DNA of 64,000 nucleotides from the IMG/VR virus record IMGVR_UViG_3300029240_000008, one strand, 5' to 3'. The notes beneath the pieces are model-generated. The model worked only from the letters and a program-made list of their open reading frames with translations, made no database searches and was not told where the DNA came from. Within the stretch, counting starts at the first letter, position 1; the number at the start of each line of letters is the position of its first letter. The position numbers and the translations under genes are program-made. This document shows positions 1-8,370 of this stretch, piece by piece. Source of the DNA: a virus.

Positions 1-93
1 GTTCTTTAACCACTGTTTATTAAGTTCTTTCTTTTTTAATACGTTCCATAGCTTAGAAAAGTCAATATATCCATTCTTTCCATAATCGGCCAT
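1..93 (-). CDS. HTH (XRE/Cro-like) regulator, N-terminal fragment running off the window
   Basis: Reverse-complement translation MADYGKNGYIDFSKLWNVLKKKELNKQWLKN. AAGGAGGTG SD lies just upstream of the ATG at 93. It diverges from the plus-strand operon. Only 31 codons are visible. Confidence 0.3.
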   Translation of the reverse strand, partial: MADYGKNGYIDFSKLWNVLKKKELNKQWLKN

Positions 94-307
94 TGTTTTT
101 CACCTCCTTATTTATAGATATATGATAATAGATTTTTGGTATTTAGTCAATGTCTATTTTTATGTACTATTTGCACAAAAACAAGCTGTATTATATAATC
201 TATTTTCGTGTATCTTGTGTATTTACTTTTAGTCTATTATCGTGTATTATATAACCATCAACAGAGAACAAACAACCCGGACGCAGAGCCGGGAGAACGG
301 AGCAAAA

Positions 308-460
308 ATGAGAAAATTTGTTTTGGTTTACCAGCTGAAAATTAATTATGAAATCACTTCAAAAGTGGTAGAAGCTCGCAGCGTTTCCAAAGCGTGGGAA
401 CGTCTGGAGGAGATCGAAACCCGGCGCATAATCGCCAGTATAAACGCGTGGGAGGTGTAA
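308..460 (+). CDS. hypothetical protein (50 aa)
   Basis: Internal ATG of ORF 242..460, preceded by GGGAGAACGGAG. First gene of the plus-strand operon. No motif recognised. Confidence 0.35.
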   Translation: MRKFVLVYQLKINYEITSKVVEARSVSKAWERLEEIETRRIIASINAWEV

Positions 461-463
461 AGG

Positions 464-619
464 ATGAGATATAACATCTATCTGGGCCAGATCGAAAAAG
501 CCCGCACAAAAAGAAAATTAGAAAAGCTCCTGGAGCTGATCGGGAGCGACTTCGCCGGGATTAATTCCCGACAGTATGAGGAATTAAAGTTTTTGATTCT
601 TTATAAAATGTCAGCATAA
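464..619 (+). CDS. hypothetical protein (51 aa)
   Basis: Hand translation MRYNIYLGQIEKARTKRKLEKLLELIGSDFAGINSRQYEELKFLILYKMSA. GGAGG lies 8 nt upstream. A GGGCTCC/GGAGCCC hairpin follows. Confidence 0.3.
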   Translation: MRYNIYLGQIEKARTKRKLEKLLELIGSDFAGINSRQYEELKFLILYKMSA

Positions 620-705
620 AAAAGGGCTCCAGAAAGCCCGGAGCCCTAGATATAATTATTAAAATACCAGCAAAAATAGAATATCACAGAAAAGGGGAAA
701 AATCA

Positions 706-1047
706 ATGGCAAACAAATATTTGAATAGATTAAATTGGGCGGTGTTTACAATGATTGACCGCACCACACAGGACGACAAGAAAAGCAAAATAACAGTTTC
801 CGGATTGCTTAGTTATCCAGAGAACGCGGAAAACTTTATAAAAACGCTTCCGGCTGAGCATAAGTGGTACATGCTCGACACTGACCGCCTGGAACGGTTC
901 GAAGAATTTTATAATTACGTTCAGGACATAAATGAAAAATATGGGGATTACGCAATATTCCATATTAATGACGGCGGTTTTACCGTTGATGAATTAAATT
1001 GTTTTCGCTCTATCCTTGATCTTTGGACAGATGCAAAAATCAAATAA
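706..1047 (+). CDS. hypothetical protein (113 aa)
   Basis: ORF track. AAAGGGGAAAAATCA precedes the ATG. No family motif recognised. Confidence 0.5.
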   Translation: MANKYLNRLNWAVFTMIDRTTQDDKKSKITVSGLLSYPENAENFIKTLPAEHKWYMLDTDRLERFEEFYNYVQDINEKYGDYAIFHINDGGFTVDELNCFRSILDLWTDAKIK

Positions 1048-1128
1048 TTTCTTCCGGCGGCGGTCAAGCCGTAGCCCCAACGCAACCGCCGGATTTCAAA
1101 AAAAATAAAAAAGAGAGGTAAATGAACT

Positions 1129-1536
1129 ATGAAAAACACAATGTTTTTAGCTCCTGAACAGGAGCAGAAAATAAAAGATGCGATGCTGGCACTCGACAGC
1201 CTGACATATAACACAATGTGTTATGGCTGCAAAGCACTTCACAAAACTTGTGGCGGAACCACAAGCAAGTTTTACGGCGGTTGTATTTACAGGGAGCCAA
1301 ACGGATTAAATGCAATATTTGGCTTCGCTCGATTTGTCCCGGAACTTATCAAAAATGAGGATTTTTCATCATATGATGAGTTTCTGGAAGAACTGAGAAA
1401 CAACCGCGCCGGCGTTGTTGATTGGCTCGAATCCCGGGCACGCGGCGAACACTTCAAAAATGAAGTGCTGACCGATAAATATATTACAGCTTGCAAAAAA
1501 ATTTTAAACATTTTAAAGGAGATACAACAGCTATGA
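1129..1536 (+). CDS. hypothetical protein (135 aa)
   Basis: ORF track. AGAGAGG SD-like sequence upstream. Its stop overlaps the next start (ATGA). Confidence 0.5.
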   Translation: MKNTMFLAPEQEQKIKDAMLALDSLTYNTMCYGCKALHKTCGGTTSKFYGGCIYREPNGLNAIFGFARFVPELIKNEDFSSYDEFLEELRNNRAGVVDWLESRARGEHFKNEVLTDKYITACKKILNILKEIQQL

Positions 1537-2132
1537 CGCAGAAAGAATTAAAAGAAATGTACATGAATATTATTAAAACAGAGGTATGGGAAGATGAATA
1601 TATGCAGAACTTTGCAAAGAAAAATTGTGCTTACGTGGTTCAATTTTCAAATGGAGATATCGCAGATATTGAAAAACCATCTATAAAAAAGGACTTCTGT
1701 TTTGGTGCTGGCTCTTATGGTACTTGCACCAACGAAGAAATGAAAGACGCCGAAGACATGGCAGCATTAGCCCGAAAAAGCGAGCAATATTTTAAAGAAC
1801 AAAATCTAAAAAAGATTGATTCTGATATAGAGGATCTCAAAAAATGTTTGAGCGGTTATGAATACGAGTGTTATACATATACTCATTATATGGGGCAACC
1901 AGACAACAGCAAATTAAAGGCTTTTACGGTGGTAAGAACCGGATATAATCCAGAATTTACCCCGATGCGTTGGATTAATTGCAAGGATATAAAAAAGCTG
2001 GGTGCGGACGATATCCAGAAAATTATTGACGGCTTTAAAGAAGTCAGAAAAGCATTTGAAAAACGGATTGACACATATTTGAAAAGATACGGAACAACAA
2101 AAGTAAATTCTTGGTCGTATATCTGCGATTAA
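1533..2132 (+). CDS. hypothetical protein (199 aa)
   Basis: Start moved to the ATG at 1533 (MTQKELKEMY...), preceded by AAAGGAG. ATGA overlap with the upstream gene. Confidence 0.5.
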   Translation: MTQKELKEMYMNIIKTEVWEDEYMQNFAKKNCAYVVQFSNGDIADIEKPSIKKDFCFGAGSYGTCTNEEMKDAEDMAALARKSEQYFKEQNLKKIDSDIEDLKKCLSGYEYECYTYTHYMGQPDNSKLKAFTVVRTGYNPEFTPMRWINCKDIKKLGADDIQKIIDGFKEVRKAFEKRIDTYLKRYGTTKVNSWSYICD

Positions 2133-2201
2133 CAGGCCGGCAAGCGTACCGGGGAGCATTTCCCCGGCGGCCTTTTAAAATAAAATCAGGAGGAAAATAA
2201 A

Positions 2202-2405
2202 ATGATTAAAATTGACATGTGGTACGATGACAAAAAGGAACAGGCAACCGGGCTTGATATTTGGTTTAATGATCTCGGCTGTTTTTATTCTGGAAATATC
2301 AAGATTTTTGGCAAGACCGTGGGTGACTATTACGCAGACAGCGTTCAGGAAATTTGCGAAGCGTTTCCGCACCTGGAAAAGAAAATAAATGATTGCTTGA
2401 ATTAA
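2202..2405 (+). CDS. hypothetical protein (67 aa)
   Basis: ORF track. AGGAGGAAAATAAA-ATG SD. Confidence 0.45.
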   Translation: MIKIDMWYDDKKEQATGLDIWFNDLGCFYSGNIKIFGKTVGDYYADSVQEICEAFPHLEKKINDCLN

Positions 2406-2464
2406 ATAAACAATTCCGGGCGGGGCTTTCCCGCCTGTTTTTCTAACCAGAAAGGGGCTTTTAT

Positions 2465-2848
2465 ATGATAGATAGAATTATAAAACCATCGTCGAAACAG
2501 ACTATTGACGCCATAAAAAGCGGGGATTTTTCCGAAGTTGATAAAATTAAAGAATCGGCAGAAAAGGACGCTAGACACGTGTTTAATGCGGTTGCTTCCG
2601 GTTCCGTCCCGCTGATCTGGTACGACTTGCCGCCGGTGCGGTGTCAGTCTGGGGCGGTGTCTTTTATGCGGTATGCGCTGCATAAATCCACGAAAAAACC
2701 GGGATATTTACAACTTTCCTGTATGGAGATCAAAAACGGCTGCATGATTCCAACATCAGACCGTCAATACAATATCGCTGACGGCGGCTTTTCTGAGTTC
2801 TTCCGGGACTTTCCCCAGATTGCAAATATAAACTATTTAGAGCAGTAA
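2465..2848 (+). CDS. hypothetical protein (127 aa)
   Basis: ORF track. AAAGGGG SD-like sequence upstream. Last gene of the operon, followed by a terminator. Confidence 0.5.
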   Translation: MIDRIIKPSSKQTIDAIKSGDFSEVDKIKESAEKDARHVFNAVASGSVPLIWYDLPPVRCQSGAVSFMRYALHKSTKKPGYLQLSCMEIKNGCMIPTSDRQYNIADGGFSEFFRDFPQIANINYLEQ

Positions 2849-2865
2849 AACCGCTGCTCTTTTCT
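2840..2865 (+). terminator. intrinsic terminator of the plus-strand operon
   Basis: GAGCAG (2840-2845) pairs with CTGCTC (2854-2859), followed by TTTTCT. Confidence 0.5.
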
Positions 2866-3078
2866 GGTGTCCTGCATCCGCTCCGGGCGGCGGTGGTTCG
2901 TGACCTGTGCCAGGACTTCACCGGGGCTTGTTTCCCGGTGTGATGTGCATTGACAATTATATATAGTTGTATTGGCTTCTGTTCGACGTTTTAACGGCTT
3001 TTAGCGTGATTCTGATATATTTTATCGTAAGTATATAAAAGCGTCTTAAATCTTCGAATATCAAATTGCTAACAGGGA

Positions 3079-3107
3079 TTGACGGCAGAGTGCAACGGGG
3101 TTATTAT
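3079..3107 (+). promoter_or_regulatory. sigma-70-like promoter with no ORF downstream
   Basis: TTGACG (3079-3084), 17-nt spacer, TATTAT (3102-3107). Confidence 0.35.
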
Positions 3108-3114
3108 TATTTTG

Positions 3115-3684
3115 TATAGTTGCGCGGACGCTTCGCCCGGTCTGGTCTTTATGCTTCCGGACTGTGCGAAGCTATGCGGGCTTTGTTTGTGATCGCTCCG
3201 GCGGTCTTATTTCTGTACGCTTTTAGGCGTTTTGCTTGGGCGGTTGCACCTTAAATGCTCATATAACGCCGTATTTGGCTTTTTAAGCGAGTTTTATGTA
3301 ATTCCTGTATATTTTACCAATGACGCGTAAAAGCGCTTTTAAACACATTTTACAACGTTGCACTAGAATTAGCTTTGGTTCTGGCGCTGGCTTTACGCTT
3401 CCGCAGCTGCTCCCGGCCTGCTTCCGGGTTATCCCCGGCGGGTTGTGCTGTTGGCTCCGGTTTACCAGATCATGCAGGGTGGCGGGGCTTCCGCGGGTTC
3501 CTAGCGACGGCCCGTTACTGATCGGCTGGCGTTTTCCGGGACCATCCCGGGGCGGGATAAGGAAACTAAGGGAAAGCACGACAAGTTAGAAGCAGAATCA
3601 AAACCGGTACTGTTTGAACTGGGAAAATCTGAAAAAAATCGCAGAAATCTGAAACTAATTCAGACCTGCGACTTTTTATTTTTT
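3115..3684 (+). ncRNA. candidate large structured non-coding RNA (unclassified)
   Basis: Bounded by the promoter at 3079-3107 and the hairpin terminator at 3639-3684. Visibly GC-rich compared with its flanks. The only ORFs are mutually antisense, Arg/Pro/Gly-rich shadows. Many local hairpins, e.g. CCGGGA/TCCCGG at 3536-3550. GCTTCCG occurs four times. Confidence 0.3.
3631..3684. terminator. bidirectional intrinsic terminator
   Basis: Nested stem TCGCAG..TCTGAA-actaa-TTCAGA..CTGCGA (3639-3671). An A-run lies on one side and CTTTTTATTTTTT on the other, so it can end both the DUF4417 gene and a plus-strand transcript. Confidence 0.6.
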
Positions 3685-3768
3685 GTGCATTCTGTATATA
3701 ATTTTCTATAACGTAGCTCGGCGTGATGTAAATTTTTCACTTCATCACATTCAATTCATCTTTTCCAG

Positions 3769-4521
3769 TCATGTTTCTTCGCCCCACAATACTGAAAAGT
3801 CTGCTTCGGCGCTTCTTCTGCCGACCGGTTTCTTTGTTCCTTCGTTTTGCTGATCCGCTACTGACTGTTCCCATGGTCCTTCCTTTCTGAACATCTCCTT
3901 CATGTTCTGGCTCCGTGAATTGAGGTTTATTATTGGCACATCCACATTAAGTTCGTCCGGTACGATGCCAACGATCACAACCTTTGTCGGCTCTATTGCG
4001 TCAAGCATTTCTTTAAAATTCTCGCAAAATTCCATTCTGGCAGACTTAGACCGTACTCTCCCATTGGTGCAACATGATACAGTGCTCCTGTGCGGCGTAC
4101 CATCGAAAATCCAAGGCATTTCTTTTGGACTGATAACATTTACCGATGGTATGATATTAACGCCTAAAATCGCAAAATAGAAGCCTAGAGCATGATTCCT
4201 GTATAGGTTGTATATATTTAGTGCTGTTGGCATTCCAGACGCGATCGTGAAATCTGGGCTGCAAACTGAATGAAAGCATTTCAGATGCTCAATGTACTGG
4301 TCTGGCTGATTCCATACCTGTAAGAAACTCTTGTCGTCAATATAAAAATTCACCGTCAAGTCCTTATGTCCTTTTAATGATCTGGATTTTGAAGAAACGA
4401 AGTCTATGCTTTTCTTCGGTACCAGCTGTATCGGCGGAATAACTGGTATCTGGTACGGACCATCCAACTCTGCGCCGGTTATCAGATATTCTTTCATTAC
4501 ATCGTATGCGGTATGTATCAT
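3769..4521 (-). CDS. DUF4417-like protein
   Basis: 250 aa. AAGGAG SD 9 nt upstream. Motif string NFYIDDKSFLQVWNQPDQY...CSPDFTI...MPTALNIYNLYRNHALG...GVNIIPSV matches my recollection of the DUF4417 family (phage and mobile-element associated). Confidence 0.55.
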   Translation of the reverse strand: MIHTAYDVMKEYLITGAELDGPYQIPVIPPIQLVPKKSIDFVSSKSRSLKGHKDLTVNFYIDDKSFLQVWNQPDQYIEHLKCFHSVCSPDFTIASGMPTALNIYNLYRNHALGFYFAILGVNIIPSVNVISPKEMPWIFDGTPHRSTVSCCTNGRVRSKSARMEFCENFKEMLDAIEPTKVVIVGIVPDELNVDVPIINLNSRSQNMKEMFRKEGPWEQSVADQQNEGTKKPVGRRSAEADFSVLWGEET

Positions 4522-4663
4522 ACTGTATCACTCCTTTGAATACATTATACTGTATTCATTAAAAAAGTGCAAAAAAATAATCGCCTTTCAGCGATTTTAT
4601 CTGAGGCTTTCTTATATCTCGCATACAAGATTCCTCCATGTCTTATTATTGAATATTTGTTTG

Positions 4664-4838
4664 TGTTCCCTAGGGTGTTCCCTTACGGATTCCAGAAGTC
4701 CCGAAACCCGCATAAAATCAAGGTTTTCTTAGCAGCCAGTACGGGAATCGAACGTATCTTTAAACTGCTATCTTTCCTATAAAACCAATGCTTCTAGCTT
4801 TTTTCAGGGTGTTCCTTTTTGTTCCCTAGTTGTTCCCT
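4664..4838. repeat. direct TGTTCCCT repeats flanking the att core (candidate integrase arm sites)
   Basis: TGTTCCCT at 4664-4671, 4676-4683, 4820-4827 and 4831-4838, plus TGTTCCT at 4810-4816. All are in the same orientation, with two clusters either side of 4731-4753. Confidence 0.6.
4731..4753 (-). other. tRNA 3'-end-like segment (candidate attP core)
   Basis: Reverse complement GTTCGATTCCCGTACTGGCTGCT reads as T-loop TTCGATT, then 3' T-stem CCCGT, then a 7-nt acceptor strand, then the discriminator. No matching 5' half is present, so this is not a complete tRNA gene. Confidence 0.5.
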
Positions 4839-4848
4839 CTCAAAAAAA

Positions 4849-6063
4849 CTATCTCGACACCACCATGAACTCGTTTATACTGTCCATGATTTTTTGTTTT
4901 TTCTTGAGGTCCTTTCGGTCTCTGTGGTAGTAGTTCTCGGAACACGAAATATTTGTGTGGCCCATCTGTGATGTGACCATCTGATTATCTATGCTGTGAT
5001 CGAGTAATATCGTGCAATATGTTTTTCGTATTTTATGCGGTGATTTTTGAATACAGCCAGTTTTCTTGCACACTGTTCTTAACCGGTTCCTGAACGAATA
5101 AGTATTTAATCGCTTTCCATCTTTAGAAAATATATATTCGCAGAATGTCGACATATTTCTAAGTTTCTGTAATATCCATATACACCCCTGAGGAACCACT
5201 ACATTTCTTACGCCTGCTTCTGTTTTCGGAAAGTCTTTCACTTCAAAAATACCTTTATGGTTTTCAAAGTGCCTTACTTCCGTTCTTCTGACTTTAATCG
5301 TACTGATATGTGGTAGCCAGTCATTCCATTTCAAAGCGCATAACTCCCCAACTCTCAGGCCGGTTACAAACATAAGCATGATGCCAAGATTTACCATGTC
5401 TTGATTATCTTTCAAGTAATCAATCATCCTGTCCATTTCAGCATCATTAAATACTTCTTCTGAATCTTCTTTGATATTTCTTTTGAAAGATTTATCGGTG
5501 ACATCCAAGTCATAGAATAATTCCTGCACGTTCCAATCAATCAGCTTGTTGCGCTTCGCCCATTTTAGGGTACCTCTGGTAATTGTCTTAAGATTGCAGA
5601 AAGCTTTTGCAGTTAGATTGTGTTCGCTGATCTGTTCTTCCAGGAAGTTGCTGATATCCTCTGACTCAATGTTCTTAATTCTGCGTTCGCCCATGGTCCC
5701 AAAAAAACGATTAAAGTCCTGCTGATATCTCTGATAAGTTTGTATTGAAATCTTATTCAAATCAACCTTGCGCTGCGCCCATTCCTCGAACACGCTCTTA
5801 ATCTTCGGATTCTCTGCTTTCTCACGGTGCGTCTTTACAATCAAGTCCTCTAAATCCTGTTTAGACCGGCGCTTAAACATTTTCCTCTGTCCGGTTTCGT
5901 CATAAGTCATACGAATTTTCCAATATCCGTCAGATGCCTTCCATATGCTGTCCCTGTATTCTTTTAAAATTTCTTCCCTTTTATTCATTTCAATTTGCTC
6001 TTGTATGTGAGACAAGTTGATGATACCATTCTCAATTGCATATTTCAAGTCGTCATTATTCAT
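4849..6063 (-). CDS. int: tyrosine site-specific integrase
   Basis: 404 aa. The C-terminal catalytic region carries GLRVGEL (Arg), HKIRKTY (H-x-x-R) and MGHTNISCSENYY (His...Tyr). Adjacent to the att-like site. Confidence 0.9.
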   Translation of the reverse strand: MNNDDLKYAIENGIINLSHIQEQIEMNKREEILKEYRDSIWKASDGYWKIRMTYDETGQRKMFKRRSKQDLEDLIVKTHREKAENPKIKSVFEEWAQRKVDLNKISIQTYQRYQQDFNRFFGTMGERRIKNIESEDISNFLEEQISEHNLTAKAFCNLKTITRGTLKWAKRNKLIDWNVQELFYDLDVTDKSFKRNIKEDSEEVFNDAEMDRMIDYLKDNQDMVNLGIMLMFVTGLRVGELCALKWNDWLPHISTIKVRRTEVRHFENHKGIFEVKDFPKTEAGVRNVVVPQGCIWILQKLRNMSTFCEYIFSKDGKRLNTYSFRNRLRTVCKKTGCIQKSPHKIRKTYCTILLDHSIDNQMVTSQMGHTNISCSENYYHRDRKDLKKKQKIMDSINEFMVVSR

Positions 6064-6112
6064 AAAAAATAAGGAGGAACCGGGATATCCTTTCGCTGGC
6101 CAGCGGTTCCTC
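6064..6112 (-). terminator. intrinsic terminator between the early operon and int
   Basis: On the minus strand, GAGGAACCG pairs with CGGTTCCTC (plus-strand 6074-6082 / 6104-6112), followed by CTTATTTTTT directly before the int ATG. No SD is seen for int. Confidence 0.5.
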
Positions 6113-6126
6113 GTTCCTCCTTTCTT

Positions 6127-6339
6127 TCACACATAATCAAAAATATTCATCTGTCCTTCCGGCATATCATCTTCAAGATTGAAGAATTTACAGGCAATAA
6201 AATTTCCATGCCAATCCCGATCACCGCCGTACATCAGACATTTTCCCCTCTTTCCGTCCCTATAAAATCTGCACTCAGAACAATTGTGCTGATACGCAGT
6301 TCCGCCGGAACGTTTATACATTTCGCTTATTGTTCTCAT
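6127..6339 (-). CDS. small Cys-rich protein (70 aa)
   Basis: Start moved to the ATG at 6339 (MRTISEMYK...) with GGAAGGA SD. Contains CSEC...C...C. Confidence 0.45.
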   Translation of the reverse strand: MRTISEMYKRSGGTAYQHNCSECRFYRDGKRGKCLMYGGDRDWHGNFIACKFFNLEDDMPEGQMNIFDYV

Positions 6340-6358
6340 TTCTTTTCCTTCCAAAGGT

Positions 6359-6601
6359 TTAAATTCTCAAAGCTGCTCTTCTTTTTGTTCCTGTTCTTCT
6401 TTTAAAAATCCCTTTCATTACGCATTCCGTCGGTAGGCATCCTCTCATGTGATCATTGATAAGGATGTAATCGCAAGTTCCATATGATAACCCTCCAGAA
6501 TTATTCTTTGAAAAATAATCACAATGCTTACATTGCTTTTCTTTTAAATTCTGAATTTCTCTGAAAGACATTTCGCCCCATGGTTTAACAACTATTTTCA
6601 C
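6359..6601 (-). CDS. small Cys-rich protein (80 aa)
   Basis: GTG start with GAGG SD. CKHCDY...C...C...C pattern. Confidence 0.45.
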   Translation of the reverse strand: MKIVVKPWGEMSFREIQNLKEKQCKHCDYFSKNNSGGLSYGTCDYILINDHMRGCLPTECVMKGIFKRRTGTKRRAALRI

Positions 6602-7430
6602 TCTCTTTACCTCGCATTCCTTGTACCATCTTCATTTTCAAATGTTGTGCTATATGTTCTCTGACAGATTCTTCCGGAAACGGGATTTCGAGCGACCGTT
6701 CCAGAATCCTATTGGTGATTCTCTCATCATATTTCAGTTCTGATATCTGACAGTTGCTCGTGAATATAGTGATTTTCCTGTCGATATACCGCCCGTTGAT
6801 AATGCTATAGAATCTTTCGTTAATCCATTCTTTTCCAGAATCAGCGCCGAAGTCGTCAATGATAAGGATTTCTGTTCTGGACAAATCCTCTATTAACTTT
6901 CCCTCCGTATTCCCTTTGTCTCCCCATGTGTTCTTGATCTCATCGAGGATTCTTAGAGATGTGGTAAATTTGACTGGTTTTTGGTATTTTTTCATAATTT
7001 CATTCGCCAAGCTGCATACTGTTTTGGTTTTGCCAGAACCTTTTGCATTTGAGAAAAGGTATAGCCCTATTCCTTTCTTCTGCATATCAGGAAGATTTTT
7101 AAACCAGTAATTTACCGCCTGAGCCGCCTGAGAAAATACTTTTCGGCTCTCGGCGTTCAAATATACACTTGACTTCAAATCGTTGAAATTTGAGCCTTTA
7201 AACACGTTTGGAAGCTCTGCAAATTTCAATTGATTTTCAAGGATTATTCTTTTTCTGATTCCGCAATAGCATTCCTCACAATAGGGAATACCACTTGCAT
7301 CTCTTACCCATCTCCACCCGCTGTCCCCACATTCAGGGCATTCAAGCGAACGGGGTGTCCGATTCTTCTCCGTTCCATTCTCCAAGTGGGACGAGTGGTT
7401 CGACATTTCTTTGAGTTGCGTCAGTTCCAT
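6585..7430 (-). CDS. DnaC/IstB-like AAA+ helicase loader with N-terminal zinc ribbon
   Basis: Walker A GSGKT (NAKGSGKTKT), Walker B ILIIDDFG, N-terminal CPECGDSGW...CEECYC. GGGAGGA SD. Sits next to the replisome organizer. Confidence 0.8.
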   Translation of the reverse strand: MELTQLKEMSNHSSHLENGTEKNRTPRSLECPECGDSGWRWVRDASGIPYCEECYCGIRKRIILENQLKFAELPNVFKGSNFNDLKSSVYLNAESRKVFSQAAQAVNYWFKNLPDMQKKGIGLYLFSNAKGSGKTKTVCSLANEIMKKYQKPVKFTTSLRILDEIKNTWGDKGNTEGKLIEDLSRTEILIIDDFGADSGKEWINERFYSIINGRYIDRKITIFTSNCQISELKYDERITNRILERSLEIPFPEESVREHIAQHLKMKMVQGMRGKESENSC

Positions 7431-8163
7431 TTCGCATATCCTCCCTGTTGTGGTATTTGTTTTCGAGTATCTTTAAGAAGTTGTTTGGTTTCACGAACCA
7501 TTCAAAATTTATCATAAAATCAGTTTTCTTTCCCATAAGGAAGTCACTATTTTGTATATTTTTCAGTGCTTCCATTACTTTATCCATACCGTATTCTCGG
7601 ATTCTTGCTTTCAACATTTGAGTTCGCCTTGCTGTCATCCGCGCAATTGGCTGAATCCCGAACCGCTGAAGCCTATTCCACTCATCAACCACTTTCTGCA
7701 CATCACCGGGCTTGACTAAATCTTTCTCACAAGAAATCTGCTCTGGAATCTCCGGCATACGTTCTTCCTCTGATAATTCTTTCTGGCGTTTTCTATGCTC
7801 TGCGACCCGTTTTCTGGTCTGCTCTCTGATTTTTTCAAGCCCGTCAATATTCTGATGCTCTTCCCATCCGGGGATTGAAAGCAACGTTCCATCTCTGGTT
7901 ATCATGCCGAACTTTTCAAGAATTGTCAGTGCAAGTTCGATCACGCTCTCATCAAAGTCCAGCTCGTCAGCCAGCATTTTATTTGTATATGGAATATTCT
8001 CTGTCAGAAAAATAATCCCGTTTGAATTGCATCGTCCCGCCATCGTCAGGAGCATCATCCAGATCAGCACAATATTGTTTCCCTCTGGAAGTTTTCTGAT
8101 ATGCCGGATTTTTTTGTTGTCGAACATATCTATTTCTAATCGAATCCAACTCACCTTTGTCAT
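7342..8163 (-). CDS. phage replisome organizer / DnaD-like replication protein
   Basis: The N-terminus MTKVSWIRLEIDMFDNKKIRHIRKLPEGNNIVLIWMMLL is typical of the phage replisome-organizer N-terminal domain. Lies upstream of the loader, and its 3' end overlaps the loader gene. Confidence 0.7.
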   Translation of the reverse strand: MTKVSWIRLEIDMFDNKKIRHIRKLPEGNNIVLIWMMLLTMAGRCNSNGIIFLTENIPYTNKMLADELDFDESVIELALTILEKFGMITRDGTLLSIPGWEEHQNIDGLEKIREQTRKRVAEHRKRQKELSEEERMPEIPEQISCEKDLVKPGDVQKVVDEWNRLQRFGIQPIARMTARRTQMLKARIREYGMDKVMEALKNIQNSDFLMGKKTDFMINFEWFVKPNNFLKILENKYHNREDMRNGTDATQRNVEPLVPLGEWNGEESDTPFA

Positions 8164-8200
8164 TTAGCCACCTTCCCGTCTGGTAAGGACATTTCCGTCC

Positions 8201-8356
8201 TTACCGCATTGATTTTCGGATGAATTTCTCCATTAAAGAGTCCATCCAGTTTTTTGTGTGATTTTCACAGCTATCATCTTCCTCTATCAGGATACCTTCG
8301 CGGTCACACAGCCCGTTGTCGTTTTCAATACAAGTTTTGCATGTTTTATCTGCCAT
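8201..8356 (-). CDS. small Cys-rich protein (51 aa)
   Basis: Hand translation MADKTCKTCIENDNGLCDREGILIEEDDSCENHTKNWMDSLMEKFIRKSMR. Below the ORF-track size cutoff. Confidence 0.3.
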   Translation of the reverse strand: MADKTCKTCIENDNGLCDREGILIEEDDSCENHTKNWMDSLMEKFIRKSMR

Positions 8357-8370
8357 AATTTCTGCCTTTT

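Noticed and set aside
3283-3589. ORFs 3283..3579 (minus) and 3320..3589 (plus) as genes
   Set aside because: They are mutually antisense, lack SD sequences and have Arg/Pro/Gly/Cys-rich composition typical of random frames in GC-rich DNA. The region is better explained as non-coding.
4731-4753. Possible tRNA gene on the minus strand
   Set aside because: Only the T-loop, 3' T-stem and acceptor 3' strand are present. The upstream sequence cannot form the matching T-stem, anticodon arm or D arm. I treat it as an att core fragment, not a tRNA gene.
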